Source: Verrucomicrobiota bacterium (GTDB lineage: Bacteria; Verrucomicrobiota; Verrucomicrobiia; Verrucomicrobiales; DEV007). Taken from it: a DNA stretch of 60,602 nt. The translations under genes were made by a program, and so were the position numbers. Positions 58,190-60,602 of the stretch are shown piece after piece. How positions within the stretch are numbered: the stretch's first letter is position 1; every line of letters begins with the position of its first letter. The stretch spans positions 1 through 60,602 of the forward strand of contig JASFYY010000020.1 of assembly GCA_045046875.1 (NCBI GenBank). Reading direction: 5' to 3'. Under the pieces are notes generated by a model. The model saw only the letters and a list, made by a program, of their open reading frames with translations. It was not told where the DNA came from and made no database searches.

Positions 58190-59449
58190 ATGCCGACGAG
58201 AAACGGTCAACTCCATAGAAATCAATCAAACAACCGCGTTGTGATCAGCGGCGCTGGCATCGTCACGTCAATGGGGTTGGGCTGGAAAAATAGCGCTGAG
58301 GGGTTCCGGGCGGGCAAACAAGCTTTCCGCGATATCACCTTATTCGATACCACCAGACAAAGAGTTCATCAAGCTGGCGAAGTGATACTGCCCGACTGCT
58401 TGCCCTCCACTCGTTTAAAAAAACGCCAACTAGCCCGTATCGACCGGGCATCGCAGCTGCTCATCCACGCCACGGCCGAGGCTCTCAAACAATGTGCTTG
58501 GAACGATGACGATTTGCACGAAGACATCGCCATCGCACTCGGCAGTTCGGCTGGAGCGATGTTTTGTGGAGAAAAATTCACCCAAACAGCCCTGCAACAA
58601 CCCAACCAACGAGTTGGCCAGGCCTCCCGCATTCACCTCTATCAAACCCAACACCAAGCCCGCACCCTGGAAGACGCTTTCGGGATCCAAGGGCCGGTCA
58701 GCATCATTTCCAACGCCTGTGCTTCCGGAGCCAACGCCATTGGGCACGCTTTTCGTTTACTCAAATATGGCCACCACCAAAGGGCCATCGCCGGTGGCTA
58801 TGACGCTTTGAGCCAACTGGTTTTCGCCGGCTTTGATTCCCTCCAGGCACTCACCACGACCCTGCCTCCACGACCCTTCGATGCCGACCGCGACGGACTC
58901 GCTCTCGGCGAAGGCGCCGCCGTGCTGATGCTGGAAACACTCGACTCTGCGCGACAACGTGGCGCTGAAATTTTGGCCGAAATTGCCGGCTACGGCGCAG
59001 CCACGGACATCCATCACCTCGCCCAACCCCACCCGGAGGGAGACGCCGCACTCTCCTCGATGAATGATGCCTGCCACGAAGCGCAACTCAATCCGCAGGA
59101 GATCCAATACATCAACTCCCACGGAACCGGCACACCAAAAAATGATGTCGCCGAGGGCCGTGCCATCCAACGTTGGGCGGGGGCTCATACCCAACAGGTC
59201 TGCGTCAGCTCGACTAAAGCCTCCATCGGCCATTTGCTCGGCGGTGCCGGCGCGGTCGAAACCGTAATCTCACTGATGGCCCTGCAAGGTCAATGGTTAC
59301 CTCCCACCACCACCATCAATAAGCTTGATCCAGTTTGCACTTTCGACCTGGTAAGAGAAGCGCGTGATGCACGGATCGATGCCGTGCTGAGCAATTCCTT
59401 TGGTTTTGGCGGCGCCAATGCCACTTTGATTTTGAAAAAATTTGCTTGA
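58190..59449 (+). CDS. Beta-ketoacyl-ACP synthase (FabF-like, catalytic)
   Basis: NACASG (Cys), SHGTGT, GHLLG, SNSFGFGG. Confidence 0.92.
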   Translation: MPTRNGQLHRNQSNNRVVISGAGIVTSMGLGWKNSAEGFRAGKQAFRDITLFDTTRQRVHQAGEVILPDCLPSTRLKKRQLARIDRASQLLIHATAEALKQCAWNDDDLHEDIAIALGSSAGAMFCGEKFTQTALQQPNQRVGQASRIHLYQTQHQARTLEDAFGIQGPVSIISNACASGANAIGHAFRLLKYGHHQRAIAGGYDALSQLVFAGFDSLQALTTTLPPRPFDADRDGLALGEGAAVLMLETLDSARQRGAEILAEIAGYGAATDIHHLAQPHPEGDAALSSMNDACHEAQLNPQEIQYINSHGTGTPKNDVAEGRAIQRWAGAHTQQVCVSSTKASIGHLLGGAGAVETVISLMALQGQWLPPTTTINKLDPVCTFDLVREARDARIDAVLSNSFGFGGANATLILKKFA

Positions 59450-59452
59450 ACC

Positions 59453-60535
59453 ATGCCCTCTCCTTCAACCCAACACCCAATGACAATCAGAGGCATCGGT
59501 GCGGTTTCTCCGGCAGGTTGGTCGGCAGGCGAGCTAGTGACAGCCACTTTGACTAACAAAATTCTTGCTCACGAAGAACTCGCCAGAGAAGGCTGCCAAC
59601 ACACTTGTAAAATCCGGCGAGTTCCCAAACCCCAACAAAAACTGCCCTTTGCCCGCCACCCGCGCCTGCGTCGCGCTAGCGCGATCTCACGATACGTGGC
59701 CGCAGCTGGACTCGAAGCTCTCGGCGATACCCGTGCCACTGCTGTGAGTCAAGGCGAACTCCGACTCGGCATCATCGTGGTATTTGCCACCGGCTGCGTG
59801 ACTTACACCCGGCGCTTTTTCGAAGAAATGCTCGAGGACCCGGCACTTGCCAGTCCCATCCTATTTCCAGAAACTGTTTTCAACGCACCCGCGTCCCACC
59901 TATCCGCCATCCTGGGATCCACCGGAATCAGCTACACCTTGCTTGCGGATTCTGCCGGATTTTTATCCGGTTTGCAACTTGCCCGGGACTGGCTTTTCAC
60001 TGATCAATGTGACGGTTGCCTGGTAATCGGCGCAGAAGAAATCGACTGGCTCATCAGTGAAGCGGTTCATTTATTTTCACGCGAGGCCATCCTCGCCGAG
60101 GGCGCAGGCGCGCTCTACCTCGAAAGATCCGAATCGCTCACCTCTTCACCGATACCCGAAGTCCAACTTTCCCAACTCACCCCGCCGCTTCTATACACCA
60201 ATCAACAGGATAAAAAATCCGCTGCTGCTAAAATGTGCAGCTTGCTTGAAATTGATCCCTCGCAAGAAAAACAATGCCTACTGGTAGATGGCCTGCAGGG
60301 AGTCCGAGCCAGCGATAAAATCGAAGCGAGCACTTGGCACCATTGGCAAGGACAACGACTGTCACCGCGCCGCCTGGTAGGCGATGCCTTGGGCGCATCT
60401 GTAGCCTGGCAATGCATCAACGCGACCTCCCTACTTAACGACTCTTACCACGACTGCACATCAGCAGTTGTCAGCGCCATCGGGCTCAATCAACAAAGCC
60501 AGGGCGCGATATTTTCACCCTACTCACTAACATGA
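59453..60535 (+). CDS. Ketosynthase-like chain-length factor (non-catalytic)
   Basis: RLRRAS, ASPILFPETVFNAPASH. ADSAG stands where the catalytic Cys would be, and there is no HGTGT. Confidence 0.78.
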   Translation: MPSPSTQHPMTIRGIGAVSPAGWSAGELVTATLTNKILAHEELAREGCQHTCKIRRVPKPQQKLPFARHPRLRRASAISRYVAAAGLEALGDTRATAVSQGELRLGIIVVFATGCVTYTRRFFEEMLEDPALASPILFPETVFNAPASHLSAILGSTGISYTLLADSAGFLSGLQLARDWLFTDQCDGCLVIGAEEIDWLISEAVHLFSREAILAEGAGALYLERSESLTSSPIPEVQLSQLTPPLLYTNQQDKKSAAAKMCSLLEIDPSQEKQCLLVDGLQGVRASDKIEASTWHHWQGQRLSPRRLVGDALGASVAWQCINATSLLNDSYHDCTSAVVSAIGLNQQSQGAIFSPYSLT

Positions 60536-60602
60536 AAACTATCCTTATCACCGGAGCCAACGGAGCTCTGGGTCAGGCCATCGCCCGGGAATTTCTCGAA
60601 GG
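60532..60602 (+). CDS. SDR/3-oxoacyl-ACP reductase-like protein, truncated by the window edge
   Basis: MKTILITGANGALGQAIAREF (TGxxxxLG Rossmann motif), 4-nt overlap with the CLF gene. Confidence 0.7.
   Translation, partial: MKTILITGANGALGQAIAREFLE

Noticed and set aside
1..60602. CRISPR array, rRNA, reverse transcriptase or intact transposase
   Set aside because: No regularly spaced direct repeats and no such genes were recognised.

Overview
This is a bacterial chromosome window, most likely Verrucomicrobiota/PVC. That is an inference from the sulfatase-rich left arm, a PVC-type dehydrogenase-like protein, fusA directly followed by rpsJ, and a fused SecDF. (1) 1-8.4 kb: three sulfatases, membrane proteins and a decaying GH5 glucanase. 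(2) 8.6-18.8 kb: a nine-gene, co-oriented redox operon, the best candidate for an undescribed system. It encodes a membrane-anchored tetraheme cytochrome built from four His/Met class I domains, a Tat-signal Mo-bisPGD enzyme whose motifs look more like assimilatory NasA/NarB than NapA, two NapG-like and two NapH-like proteins, a His-His-tipped exported protein, a membrane polyferredoxin and a NapF/G-like ferredoxin. It has no napB, napC or napD. (3) 18.9-24.6 kb: a zeta-toxin-like/ParD-like TA pair, a PVC-type protein with a blue-copper domain, an SGNH-like protein and a protease-like protein. (4) 24.9-49.9 kb: the str/S10/spc/alpha ribosomal protein cluster. It is interrupted by a ~6 kb island of hypothetical genes plus an orphan VapC between map and rpmJ, and by an exported coiled-coil gene between rpsS and rplV. 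(5) 50-60.6 kb: tRNA(CAT), hemolysin III, an FkbO/Hyg5-type chorismatase, rpsU, secDF-yajC-tgt and the start of a KS/CLF fatty-acid or aryl-polyene-like cluster. GTAG/GTAA-type REP elements and heptamer tandem repeats occur in intergenic spaces. All calls come from motif reading by eye; no searches were run.
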